Assembly: GCF_006345805.1 (NCBI RefSeq)
Contig: NC_043007.1
Span: 71,734,001-71,798,000 of the forward strand
Direction of reading: 5' to 3'
Origin: Octopus sinensis
Taxonomy: Eukaryota
DNA length: 64,000 bases
Positions within the stretch are counted from its first letter, which is position 1; each line of letters starts with the position of its first letter. Below are positions 24,724 through 36,549 of the stretch, piece by piece. The position numbers and the translations under genes were made by a program. Below the pieces are notes generated by a model. The model saw only the letters and a list, made by a program, of their open reading frames with translations, was not told the origin of the DNA and searched no databases.

Positions 24724-27620
24724 TCATCTGTATCTACAGGGAATAATTATTCGTCGTCCACTTTTTGTGGTTTTATTATTTTGTAGTGTTGAATTCTGTA
24801 GTTGTGCTGTTTTTGTTTTTTCATGCGTGTTTGTTGACTTTGGAAATATATTTTCATAATCTAATTCTTCTGTTATGCGAACGTGTTCGTTTGTTTTAAG
24901 AATATGTTGTCTATTTCGTTTGACTGTATTTCCTTCCTCTGTTATTACTAAGTATGAACGAGGTTGCTCTAGTTTTTTAATTATTTTGCCCCTTCTAAAC
25001 CAATTGTTGTTAAACTTAATTCTAACCGTGTCGTGTGGTTTTAACTCTGGGAGTTCTGTTGTAATGTTTGATTTCTTCTTTTCGTGAGGCCTGATACCAA
25101 TTTTGTCGTGTAATATGTTTGGGAGATTTGTTCGCAATGTTCTATTCATTTGATTTGCAGGGGATGGTGCACCATTTTGTAATTTAGTCGTGCGTAATGC
25201 TAAGAGCGCTAACTGAGGTTCTTCGTCACTTTTGAATGCCTTTTTTAGCGTCTTTTTTATTGTCTGTATATTTCTCTCAACCATGCCATTCGCTTGATGA
25301 TAATGCGGGCTTGTCTTCGTGTGATGAAAATGCCAATTTTTTGCAAATTTTTGAATTCAGCCGAATTGAATTCTGGACCGTTGTCACTTACAACTGTTTG
25401 CGGAATTCCGAATTTAGCAAAAGTTTCTTTTAATTTTTTGATTACCGTTTTTGACTGGCAATCATTTATTTCGTGTAGATCAAAAAATCTTGTTGTATAG
25501 TCAATAATTGTGACATACGAATTTCCAGACAGGTGAAATACGTCTGTACCCACTTTGGTCCATGGTGTAGTAGGTATTTCATGATTTATTAGTGGTTCGG
25601 CTGCTTGTTGATTTTTGTAGTCAATGCAGTATGAGCATGTGTTAATCATGTCTTTGATTTGAGCGTTAATGCCGGGCCAGTATATACATTCTTCGCTCTC
25701 TCTATGCATTTTTCGATACCCATGTGTCCGGTATGTATTTCCTGTAGAGCTTCTCTACGTAATGACTTAGGTACAATTATTCTTGAACCTTTTAGAACGA
25801 GACCATTGACGATTGATATTTCATCACGAACGGATACGAATGGTTTGATGTTTATTGGTATTTTGTCTTTTGGGGGCCATTCTGTTCTTGTATATGTGAC
25901 GAGTGTCTGTAGAGACGGGTCGTCTGCAGTGGCTTCTTTATACTCTTTTAATTTAGTGTCGGTTATGGGGTAATTTTTTATTACTGCATGAATGTGCGAT
26001 TTCATATCTTCGTCTGGTACTTCTGGAGTATTTTGCTCAAGGTATGCACGTGATAGGGTATCTGCAACAATTGATTCTTTACCAGGTATGTGGTTTAGGT
26101 CAAAATCATATCTTTGTAATGTTAGTAGAAATCTTTGGATTCTGGGGGGGCATTTAGTGATCGATTTTTTGAATATTTGCTTCAACGGTTTATGGTCATT
26201 TTCGATTCTGAAATGAGTTCCGTATATAAACTGATGAAATTTCTTGCATGCGAAAACTATACTGAGAGCTTCGCTCTCTATCGGACAGTAGTTTTGTTCC
26301 GCTTGAGTTGTTGCACGAGATGCAAACGAAACAGGTAGCCATCTTTCGTTGTGTTTCTGCTCAAGTATCGCTCCGAGCCCATGCTTACTAGCATCTGTAG
26401 TTATTTTTATTGGTAGATCTGGATCATAAAATTGTAGCACTGGTTTTCTGGTAATCATTTCTTTTAGCTTTTTTATTGCTTCGATTTGTGGTTTGTCGAA
26501 TGACCATAACGTGTCACTCTGTAGAAGCTGGCGCAATGGTGCTGTGACTTCGGAGTAATTAGATAAAAATTTACATAGGTAATTTGTCATACCTAGGAAT
26601 CTTTGTAATTCTTTTTTACTTGTTGGCAGTGGCATGTGAATGATTGCTTGTACCTTGGTTGGATCTTGTTTTATCCCTTCGCTGGTTAATATATGCCCAA
26701 GGTACTTGATTTGTGATTCATAGAAGATACACTTTGATTTATTTAACTTTAATCCGTGCTTTCGGATTCGATCGAAAACTTGTTGTAGTCTATTTGTGTG
26801 TTCTTCTAAAGTGTTGGACCAGATTATGATGTCATCCTGTGAATTTCTTGCTCCTTCTATGCCCTCTATTATTTTTGAAATTTCTTTTTGGAAAACTTCA
26901 CTGGCGCTGTGAATTCCAAAGGGTAGTCGTGTGAAGCGATACCTTCCAAAAGGTGTGTTGAACGTTAAAAGATGGGAGCTTTCTTCGTCAACTGGAATTT
27001 GCCAGTATCCATTAGATGCATCGAGTTTTGAAAAATATTTAGGGTTATGCATTTGTGCAAAAATGTCCTCCGCTGTAGGGAGTTTGAAATGTTGCCTTTT
27101 TATGGCTTTGTTTAGATTCTTGGGGTCTAAACAGAGTCGGAGTTTTCCGTTGGCTTTTTCAACGATGACTAGGGAATTTACCCAGTCTGTAGGTTCACTA
27201 ACAGGTTTTATGATATCTAATTCTGTCATTCTTTTTAATTCTTTGTTGAGTTTTTCTTTTATAGAAAAAGGAACCGATCTTGGTGGATGAATTACAGGAG
27301 TTATTTGTGGATCCACTGTGATATGATGTGTTATTGACAAAGTGCCGATTTCTCCGAAACAGTCTTCATATTTTTCTAATATGTCGTTTGTGTTCGACGA
27401 ATTTATTTTTGAAATTCTCTGAATCAGGTTCAGATCTTTAGCTGTCTTTGCATCTATAACTGCGTGCGAGTTTGTTTTTGCAACAATGAATTTTATTTGC
27501 TTTGATAATTCTTTGTATTTAATGACTGCTGTGCATTTTCCTAGCACTTTTATAGCTGTGTTATTATAAGCTGATAATCGAGTTGAAGTTTTTTGCAGTT
27601 GTGGTTTTGGAATTATTTCT
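24724..27620 (-). CDS. pol: Gypsy pol: RT, RNase H, integrase (frameshifts near 25692 and 25350)
   Basis: RT motifs LRLCLDPKNLN, SKLDASNGYWQ, LPFGIHSASEVFQ, SQDD. RNase H motifs TDASKHGLGA and NDHKPL. Integrase HHCC (IHTGHMG...CSYC) and DDE (GTDVF, SDNGPEF, MVERNIQ). Confidence 0.95.
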
Positions 27621-28661
27621 ATATTCTCTGAATGGCAGTACGGTTACGTCTGCTCCTGTATCTATTTTGAATGTTACATTCGAGTTGTTCACTTTTAGTT
27701 CGACCGTCCAAATGTCTTTTGGAGTCTTGAACTTTTCGATTTTGTGCACGCGGGAATTATTTGCAGTGATCATTTCGAGTGCATGTGTATCGTCATCTGA
27801 TTCATCGTCGGTATGTATCTCTACTTTATGTACAAATTTTCTTGATTTGCACATTTTTGCATAGTGTCCTTGTTTCTTGCATTTTTCACATGTCTTGTGA
27901 AATGCTGGGCATTTATTTCTTTTGTGATTATAACCACAATAGTGACAGTTAGTGACGTAGTGTTGACTTGGCGCTTGAAACTTCGCGGGCTTTCTGTCAC
28001 TTCCGCCTTGTTCGTTTTGATGTCTGGATTGCATATGGCGGGTTATTTGAGTTTTGGCGCCTTTTCTGTCGTGTTGACTATATACCCTCGAGATTTCGTT
28101 ATCTCTTGTTTCGGATGTGGCATTTAGCATCCTTGATTGGAGTCGTGTTTGCTCTGCACTCTGACCTGCTTGAATTGTTTTTTGTAGGTCTAAATTTGGT
28201 TCTCTCAATAATCTTTCTCTTAATCTCATGTCTCTGATTCCACATATCAGAATATCTTTGGTGAGACTGTCTGTGAGGTTGCCGAATTCGCACTGTTGTG
28301 CCTTTTGGCGCAACTCTACTACGTACTCATCGAATTTTTGATGTTCCGCTTGTCCACATGTGAAGAATTTGTGTCTTAGGAAAGTTATGTTTTTCCTGGG
28401 TTCACAATATGCATCGAATTTTTCGATTACTGTCTGAAGGTTCATTTCTTCGTCGGGTGAATCGAAATCCAGTGTGGAATGGATATCTCGGCCTTTAGAA
28501 CCGATGCAAGTTAAAAACATTGAAGTTTTTACTTTGTCTGGCTTCATGTCACTTTCTGTTGCTATCAAAAAGAGATTGAATTCTTTTTTCCACTTTTTCC
28601 ATGCTGCGGCTAGATTTTCCTGATTAAAGTCTAGGTCTTTTGGATGCGGTAAATTTTCCAT
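27564..28661 (-). CDS. gag: Gypsy gag-protease (frame-broken near 27617)
   Basis: ATG at 28661 (MENLPHP...). Double zinc knuckle CHYCGYNHKRNKC...CEKCKKQGHYAKMC and aspartic protease motif FKIDTGADVTV. Confidence 0.93.
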   Translation of the reverse strand: MENLPHPKDLDFNQENLAAAWKKWKKEFNLFLIATESDMKPDKVKTSMFLTCIGSKGRDIHSTLDFDSPDEEMNLQTVIEKFDAYCEPRKNITFLRHKFFTCGQAEHQKFDEYVVELRQKAQQCEFGNLTDSLTKDILICGIRDMRLRERLLREPNLDLQKTIQAGQSAEQTRLQSRMLNATSETRDNEISRVYSQHDRKGAKTQITRHMQSRHQNEQGGSDRKPAKFQAPSQHYVTNCHYCGYNHKRNKCPAFHKTCEKCKKQGHYAKMCKSRKFVHKVEIHTDDESDDDTHALEMITANNSRVHKIEKFKTPKDIWTVELKVNNSNVTFKIDTGADVTVLPFREYRNNSKTTTAKNFNSIISL

Positions 28662-28739
28662 TTCGTCTTTGAAGTATGATTTCAACTTCTTTTTTCCTTT
28701 GGTTTCTGTATTTTGGGTTCTTTTAGTATTCTGACACCA

Positions 28740-28978
28740 TGTTGTTGTTATATATATATAATGTATTGAGTATTAAAGGAAGTAGTGAGTACTTAGTATG
28801 AAAGATTAAGAAAATGAGAGAGACTAAAACAACGTGTTAACGATACAAGATACTTTATACGACTGCCGTTGTTGTACAAGTTAATTGTTTTTGGCGGGAA
28901 ACAAAGTGAAAGTCCTTTTATCAAGGGAGACAATGGGCGACGTTGATTGTTCATGTTTGTTGTGATGATTATATAACA
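28740..28978 (-). repeat. 5' LTR of the Gypsy element
   Basis: TG...CA termini, followed on the minus strand by the PBS TGGTGTCAGAA. Confidence 0.97.
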
Positions 28979-29338
28979 CTACCAAGCTCTTTTGGCAACG
29001 TACCAAGAAAACGAGGGAGACTTTTTCGACAGACTTATCACACAGGATGAAACATGAGACCATCACTATAATCCTGAGACTAAAGTCCAGTCGAAGCAAT
29101 GGAAGCATGATAACTCACCACCTCCAAAGAAGGCTCGTGTCCAACACTCAGCGGGCAAGGTGAAGGTGATATTCAGTCTTTTGGGACAAGCGCGAAGCGA
29201 TGATGGATTTTCTGGAAAAGGGCACCACAATTAAGGGGGTATATTATGCTTCTCTGTTACAGAAATTGTCCTCCAGTCTTCATCAGGTGTCTTGGAGAAA
29301 TGTCGAACCTGGGTTCTCATTCGTAAGGTATTTTTCGA

Positions 29339-29393
<55 letters not shown>

Positions 29394-31513
29394 GTTATTA
29401 TTATTTTTAGACGGGGTCACCAATTGTAATGGTAAATGTAATAGGTGTTGGTTTGTATGATGAAAGAAGAACAGTGATCGAAGTTGTAAAGAAATATTTA
29501 TTTACCGTTACTTAATATAATATCATGCCTCGACGGACTGGTGTGATATAATTGAAAGGGTATGCGAAGTTAAGAAAGTTAATTTCAGCTTGTATGTGTG
29601 TGCACGTTCTCGTTGTGGTATTCCACAGATAGAGATAGAATAAAGTTCTAGAGAAAAGAAAGTGAGCTACTGAAAGTTATACTGTCGAGGGACGTTGTGC
29701 TTCATAGTTCGCTGATTGTAACCTCCTTTCTCCTTTTGGCTGTTTGGTCTCAAGTGGCTGCCTGCTTGTGACCATGACTCTAGTTGATCTCTGTTCACTA
29801 ACTAATTTTGCCTTACCAAATTCTAGTATTTATAATTATCCAAAACTAGTTAGGAGAGACACATTGTTAAGAACAATAAATTTCGTTGGTGGTACCTGTT
29901 ATCTCAATTCTAACTTTTGGTGGCCTAGAAGAGGTTAGAAAGGTCAAGTGGCTAAGACATTATTCTGCTTAGCGAAGGCATCTGGCAAATGTAACTGCTG
30001 TCACTCACAGAAAGATTATTGTTTTACCGTGAGAAAAGTGCTGTTGAACTGCTAAGTGAAATTTGGCGATCGAGGATCGAATCCACGCCATGGTTGCATG
30101 AAACCACTACAAATTTATAAATCTACCATCCTCAGGTAAAATTGTTCATCGTGTTACTTGGTGAACAGGTCATCTGGGTTTACCTTGCCTGTTTATAAAT
30201 GTTTAAGATTACCCGAGGATGGTGGATTTATGCTATGATGCAATCTATGAATGCAACGATAAAATACTACCGAAACAGCTGAAAAGAAATTTAAACTCTA
30301 TTTGTGCTCTATTTAGATGTGTGTGTGTGTATGTGTGTGTGTGTGTATTGAAATGTTATACGCCATGTGAGGGTAAGTATTGTAAGCATACTTTGCCAAC
30401 GGGAATAATATCAAGAAATATGGCGTAACTTTTATCAAATTTGTCGACCTTTTAGCCTCCTTTCCTTTCCACTACTAATCTCCGTTGCTTTTCTTGCTTA
30501 GTTCCATTATTTTGTAGTTTCATGAAACAGTTAATTGACAGAAAAAACTTCACTGATACATTTGACTGACGTTAGTTTCATTCGATAATATGGTCCGAGT
30601 ATTGTAAAACCATATGATATATAACCTATTTAGTTAGTTTTTTTTTAATCGTTAATAAAACGATGATTTTAACTGAAAAGGTAAATTTTGAAAGAAGGAT
30701 AAAATCTCTGTCGGTATTATGTATTACTACTTATCATGTTCAACATTCGACAAGATATTCTTAAAGACACGTGACACTCCCACTCCAATTTTGTTTGTCG
30801 TTGGTTACCAACTGTTATACGACTACCACATGGAAACATTCTGGAATCTCAGAATGTCTACAGAAATAAAAATTTATTTTTGTACATTACTGACTTCGTG
30901 TGTGTGTGTGTGTAAAGTCAGTGTATGTATATGTATAAAATATGAATAAGAGATAATCACAGTTTGGTACAACAAATATTTCAGAAGTAAGATAGCCATC
31001 GATTACATGTATGCTACATCATAATATAAAGACATCTCCTTTCACATCAAGTGTGTGGCTGCCAGGTAACAAAATCGATTGTCCTTACATTCGAACCGTA
31101 ATGAGAGAAAAAAAAAGTAATTTAGATACATACTAATAGGTTATAATACTAATAGGTTACAATACAAAAAAGCTAATCATACATATTGTGCCTGCTTGAG
31201 CTAGTTTCAGATATCATGGTTATCACCTTGGTGGCTTTCGTCAGTTGTTTGGGTTCCAACCAACGAATTCTCTGTAGGAAATAGCGTTCTGATCTAGCAG
31301 GAAATAGGTCTGTCGCCAGACTTTGGTGCCTGGGGGTGATTCAGAATATTCTGGGCGAACAATAATTTGTAATAATGCTGAAATGGAGTTGCGAAATAAG
31401 TATATCACTGTAAATCAGAGGGTGTACCATCGAATAGTAAGGGGACTCTGACCATCCAGTGCATCCCTTTAGCGACAGGCATGGCTGGGAAGCCGACGCA
31501 ACTTTGTCTAGGA

Positions 31514-31585
31514 GTCAAAAAGTTACCTTTGGTTTCGTATCTATTATTGATCTTGGCAATATAGCGACTCATCAGACCTCCAGAC
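31514..31585 (-). ncRNA. Type I hammerhead ribozyme, fully canonical core
   Basis: GTCTGGAGGT-CTGATGA-[GT.CTAT.ATTG loop CAAT.ATAG.AC]-GAAA-CC AAA GG-TA^-ACTTTTTGAC. Helix I is 10 positions with one U/U mismatch, helix II closes G-C, helix III is 3 bp, and the cleavage triplet is GUA. Confidence 0.82.
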
Positions 31586-31678
31586 CTACTGGCAGGAGGG
31601 ACTGCAGATTTAAACTGATCGATTGTGTGTATGTGTGTGTGCGCGTGTGTGTACGTGCGTGTGTGTGTGCGTGCGTGC

Positions 31679-31716
<38 letters not shown>

Positions 31717-31838
31717 TATATATATACACATATATATATTCTATACAAATTTAGATATTGAATTATATTTCAATAGGAATTGGTGGATAGGAAATCAAAC
31801 ATGGAGAAAATAAGAAGATAAAGTAAATATCTAATATA

Positions 31839-32222
31839 TCTATATATATAAGACTCAACTTGTGTGTCTGTGTGTTTAACTTCCCGGCACATCTCCTCCT
31901 AGCCAACAAATCGTAGAACCACCAAAAATGGGTCACTTAAAGTTTAGGCGAATGAAAATTGAACTGCGCTGTTTCTGTTCCGAAATTCATCTCGCAAGTG
32001 CAAAAATCGATAATGTGTTTGTTTAGGCCTTATCCCATGCATTGAATAGTGAACTTTATTCAGTCAGCTGTTTGACGTGAACTGTGTTCACCACGCGTGC
32101 AAGCATGCGTAAATTGCATGAAAAATAAAAAAAGTTAAGATATAAAAACGAATCGCCGTAAACATTGTAGAAATTCGGCAAAGAAATGAATTTTCGGGAT
32201 GTAGCCTGGAGGTTTTTTCGTA

Positions 32223-32261
<39 letters not shown>

Positions 32262-32290
32262 TATATATATGTATATATATATATATATAT

Positions 32291-32349
<59 letters not shown>

Positions 32350-32569
32350 CAACTCGGACCATGTTAACACCAAAAATTATTTACATGAAAAAGGTGCCTT
32401 TTTTCTAAGAAAATCCCCATTTTTTACGATGTTTTGACTGCTGTGTCGCCATTTTTCAGTGTATTTCACTTAAAGAGAATAACAAGCTACATACTGCCAA
32501 ATTTTTACTTTTCAAAAATTCCAATTCTAAAGGGTCTAAACAAACCGCAACACCGGGCGATACTGCTAG
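31839..32569 (+). mobile_element. Non-autonomous Helitron, second family
   Basis: TCTATATATATAAGAC start, ...CACCGGGCGATACTGCTAG|T end, internal (TA)n. Confidence 0.75.
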
Positions 32570-32805
32570 TATCTGATAAAATATATATTAAAACAGCAGA
32601 AATATAGTGATTTGACCAACTTCTATGTGAAAGAGATAATCAAAGAAGCAAATAATGTGACAGATATTAGATAAGGAGTTCATGACACTTATTCAAGGTT
32701 ATCATCATCATCATTATCATCATCATCATCATCATCATCATTATCATCATCATCATCATCATCATCATCATTATTATTATTGCCATTGCACACCTTCTAA
32801 CGCTG

Positions 32806-32927
<122 letters not shown>

Positions 32928-33039
32928 AATAATAAAGTGATGAGTGTATGTGGAAGAGGAGATAGTCATCAGTTTGGGGAGGAGAAGTGGCAGGGGCTGT
33001 AGCGAAATATCTTCATGTAATACAACTCAGACATTTAAA

Positions 33040-33705
33040 TAGATAGGGTTTTTCTAAGGATATGAGTAGTACTTGTTAGCACAATCTTTTGGATTTCTCA
33101 GAGACATGGTTCTCCTTGGATCTTATCCAGGTGTTTCTGGCATTCCTTTTTTTATCATACCTAGGGCACCTACAATAACAGGAACAGTTCTGGCTTTAAG
33201 ATGCCACATATTTTGCATTTCAATTTCCAGGTCCTTATATTTACTTAATTTGTCTAATTCCTTTACAGGTATATTTTTTATCAGTGGGAACATTTATATC
33301 TATTAGTCTGGAAGTATTTTCTTCCCTGTCTTCAATAATTATGTCTGGTCGATTAGCTTGGATAGTTCTGTCGGTGTTGATTGGAAAATCCTGGAGGATT
33401 GTAACATTTTTACCTTCAACGACAGGCTCAGGAGTGCTGACTTTGCAGTGTTTACATATTTTCCAATGTGGCGATTTTTGTACTCGTTTGGTGTCAGCAC
33501 AGGACATCCCGTGATGAGATGGTCCATTGATTCGTCAAATGTGTCGCAGAATCTGCATTTAGGGTCAGGACCGTTTTGAAGAACGTTAGCCTGGTAGTTT
33601 TTTGTAAGCAAGCTTTGATCTTGTGCCGACAATATGAAACCTTCAGTCTCTGCTTTCCGTCCTGAACTTCTCAGCCACTGATGGGTTGTTGCTTGGTCTA
33701 CATCA
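33040..33705 (-). mobile_element. R4/Dong-type LINE 3' fragment
   Basis: AQDQSLLTKNYQ, CCHC CRFCDTFDESMDHLITGC, HWKICKH, ANRPDIII and LIDINVP. The 3' UTR runs into a (TTA/TTG)n tract. Confidence 0.88.
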
Positions 33706-33709
33706 GCAT

Positions 33710-33740
<31 letters not shown>

Positions 33741-33809
33741 CCACCACCACCACCACCACCACCACCACAACCATCATCATCATCATCATCATCATCATTA
33801 TTATTATTA

Positions 33810-34400
33810 TCATTGTGTGAGAGAGCAGTGCATGCCATCGAAGTGACACTGGGGTAAAATATACGAAGCTCGGTATATCCTTCATGACTACCCGTCTGAT
33901 AAGGGTACACCAGGCATATGCATCACAACCATATGTGCGCGACATGGTGATCTCATTTAAAGATAAACAGCGCATCACCTTGCAGGTGGGGCCCACTTAG
34001 AATTTTCTTCAGGTCAAAGTAGTCCATCCCGCTCAGATGGTCCCTGAATAAGGGTTGTTTAAGGATGTTGAACGAAACACCCGTGTTTTCAAAGGCGAAT
34101 CATCCAAACCCCAGAGGATTCCTTTCAACACATGGCTATGATGCTTCCCCACTACTTCTGCTCGTGATCAGAGGTGCACATATTGTCAGCCACTAAGGGA
34201 CATGCTCAACTGGTTAAGGTCAAACAACTGACAAGCAAATCTGTGGTATTGAGCAGAATAATTGCTGTAGCCCATCTTCTATACCAAGACAAAACAATGT
34301 ACATGATAACACTTCCAATCAGTTAAGATCAGAAGCCATGAGAGCCACTGCCTTGTACTGCATCAGGGCATTGCGAGTCACTGCCTGGTACTGCATCAAG
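33810..34400. repeat. Dispersed repeat; partial second copy at ~35500-35790
   Basis: Shared CCATCCCGCTCARATGGTC...CAAGCAAATCTGTGGTATTGAGCAGAATA block. Confidence 0.7.
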
Positions 34401-34420
34401 GCATTTATTATTGTTGTTGC

Positions 34421-34475
<55 letters not shown>

Positions 34476-34559
34476 TCCCGATTAATTTGCATTTTATTTC
34501 ACCTTCTGACCAGGTCTCAACCAGAGATCTGTACGCGTATATATTAGATGGAAAGAAAT

Positions 34560-35480
34560 TTCGTAAGAAGGTGGGCAGTTGATGTAAGCATATTAATGTT
34601 GTCAGGCGCTTACAGCCCTCTCTCTACCAGTCGGGCAATGGGATCGATGGATGTTCCTCTTCAGAAGTTTATAGAGGATTAGTGTCGAGGAAGTGCGACA
34701 TCCTCGAGGAGACTCTGGGCGTCGACGAGAACAAACTAGTTAGTCAGGTTCCGGAGGACTTACCGGTCAGGAACTATCATGGATAATTTCCAGATGTCCT
34801 TGGCTACCGGCTCTACCGGGCAGCGCTACCGGCTCGAGATAAATTCAACAGGCACGGATGTGCTGCCAGACAGGCTTGTCCGAGGTGCACGCAGAGTGAC
34901 GAAACTGTTCTGCATACCCTTGATCAGTGTCCAGGCATTGCTGACTTGTAGGGTTATGTCGACTAGCTGCTGTCACATGTGGGACTGTTCCGTCTGCCGA
35001 CCGAGTCTGTAGTGATGAACGCAACACCGCCCTCCTTCAATCAGGCAGGCAAGGCAGTTTTCCTTTGCTTGATGGCTGTGGCGAAAGAGATTGTTTGGTG
35101 GACAAGACTGAAAGGCTTGAGGACAGATACATTCCTCTTTAATTGAGCTCTCATTGACTTCTTCAAGTTTCACTTGAAAAGGAAACTGAGAGTGGTGAGG
35201 GAAGTGCTGTCCTCGAGTGAGATTACTGAAAGGTGGGTGAAAGTTGCGAAAAAGGCAGGAGTGGATGATACCTCTCTAAGTGTAGAACTGTGAGTCGGAG
35301 AGAAGGAACTGGAGGGCACTTGCTCTTGGAGTTTCAGGGAAATCTCGAACAGTGGGGGTTCCTCGATAATCCCTCGGGGCCTTCCCGTATCAGGAGGGCC
35401 ACAACTCTTATCATCCTCCACTTTTTTTCTTTTTTAACCTTTGTATGCTATGCATATGTTCCTTCTTTTTTAGTGTATAA
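34560..35480 (+). mobile_element. L1/Tx1-like LINE 3' fragment
   Basis: CCHC CPRCTQSDETVLHTLDQC, AKEIVWWTRLKG, FHLKRKLRVVRE...ERWVKVAK*, then a T-rich 3' UTR. Confidence 0.7.
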
Positions 35481-35792
35481 TTAATTTCTATCTTCCTTTC
35501 GTTTATTTTCTTCAAGTCGAGTAGCCCATCCCGCTCAAATGGTCTCTGAATATGAGTTATTTAAGAATGTTGAACGAAACATCCATGTTTCCAAAAGTGA
35601 ATTATTCACACTCCAAAGAAATCCTCTCAACATGGCTATGAAGCTCTTTCACTACTTCTGCCCGTGATCAGAGATGCAAATATCGTCAGCCACTAAAGGA
35701 CATACTCAACTGGTTAAGGTCAAACAACTGACAAGCAAATCTGTGGTATTGAGCAGAATATTTGCTGTAGCTCATCTTTTACACCAAGACTA

Positions 35793-36165
35793 TTATTACC
35801 TCCGCCTGAGCAAAGGCTGAGGTATTGTTTCAGTCGTGTTTGTTTGTTTGTCCGTGGACAAGGTATCTCAAGAACCGCTGGAGAGATTCGGATGAAACTT
35901 TCAGGGATGTTTGGCCTTGTGACTAGCTCGAACTGATTAGATTTTGGGATCGATTTGGTACCGGACAAGAATTCTGGATTATTTTTCCTGTTTTTTTTTT
36001 TTTTACTTAACTTTTTAGAGTGGTCGGGTTCATTTTTAGTATTCTCATTTGTGAGAGCAATCGTGTTTATTTCAGATATTTTCATTTTAAAAATCATTTC
36101 TGTCTAATCGTTGAGAGGACGTTGGTCTTGCCTTGGCGGAAGTTTGCGCTCTCTGAGTGATCTTC
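35793..36165 (+). mobile_element. Helentron/HINE (DINE-1-like) non-autonomous element
   Basis: TTATTACCTCCGCC start, a (GTTT)n tract, subterminal inverted repeat GGCGGAAG and a 3' palindrome CGCTC-TCT-GAGTG. Confidence 0.6.
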
Positions 36166-36212
36166 TTCTTCTTCTTCTTCTTCTTCTTCTTCTTCTTCTT
36201 CTTCTTCTTCTT

Positions 36213-36343
<131 letters not shown>

Positions 36344-36514
36344 TATCATTATCATTATTCTTCTTCTTATTATTATTATTCAAATCTCACCGAAGTGAAC
36401 TTTGCGTTTCAACAATTCAAGGTCGATAAAATAAAGTACCATTCAGGTAATGGGGGTCGATGTCATCAACATGACCCCCACCCACTAAATGTCAGGCCTT
36501 GTGTCTACATTACA

Positions 36515-36549
<35 letters not shown>

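Larger units (their letters stand above)
24451..28978 (-). mobile_element. Full-length Ty3/Gypsy LTR retrotransposon, Mag-like (4528 bp)
   Basis: 239-bp TG...CA LTRs at 24451-24689 and 28740-28978, with no difference found by eye. 5-bp TSD CTACC at 24446-24450 and 28979-28983. PBS TGGTGTCAGAA (complementary to the tRNA-Leu(CAA) 3' end) abuts the 5' LTR, and a polypurine tract abuts the 3' LTR. Domain order is gag-PR-RT-RH-INT. Confidence 0.98.
23902..29275 (+). mobile_element. Degenerate mariner transposon split by the Gypsy insertion (23902-24450 and 28984-~29275)
   Basis: TA followed by a TACGAAGGG terminus. The transposase reads ...EDRHITIRQL...RKVYARWILRML...ERVNCY|QALL...RLITQDET*DHHYNPETKVQSKQWK...PPKKAR, and the frame is restored when one TSD copy and the Gypsy are removed. 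Confidence 0.88.
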
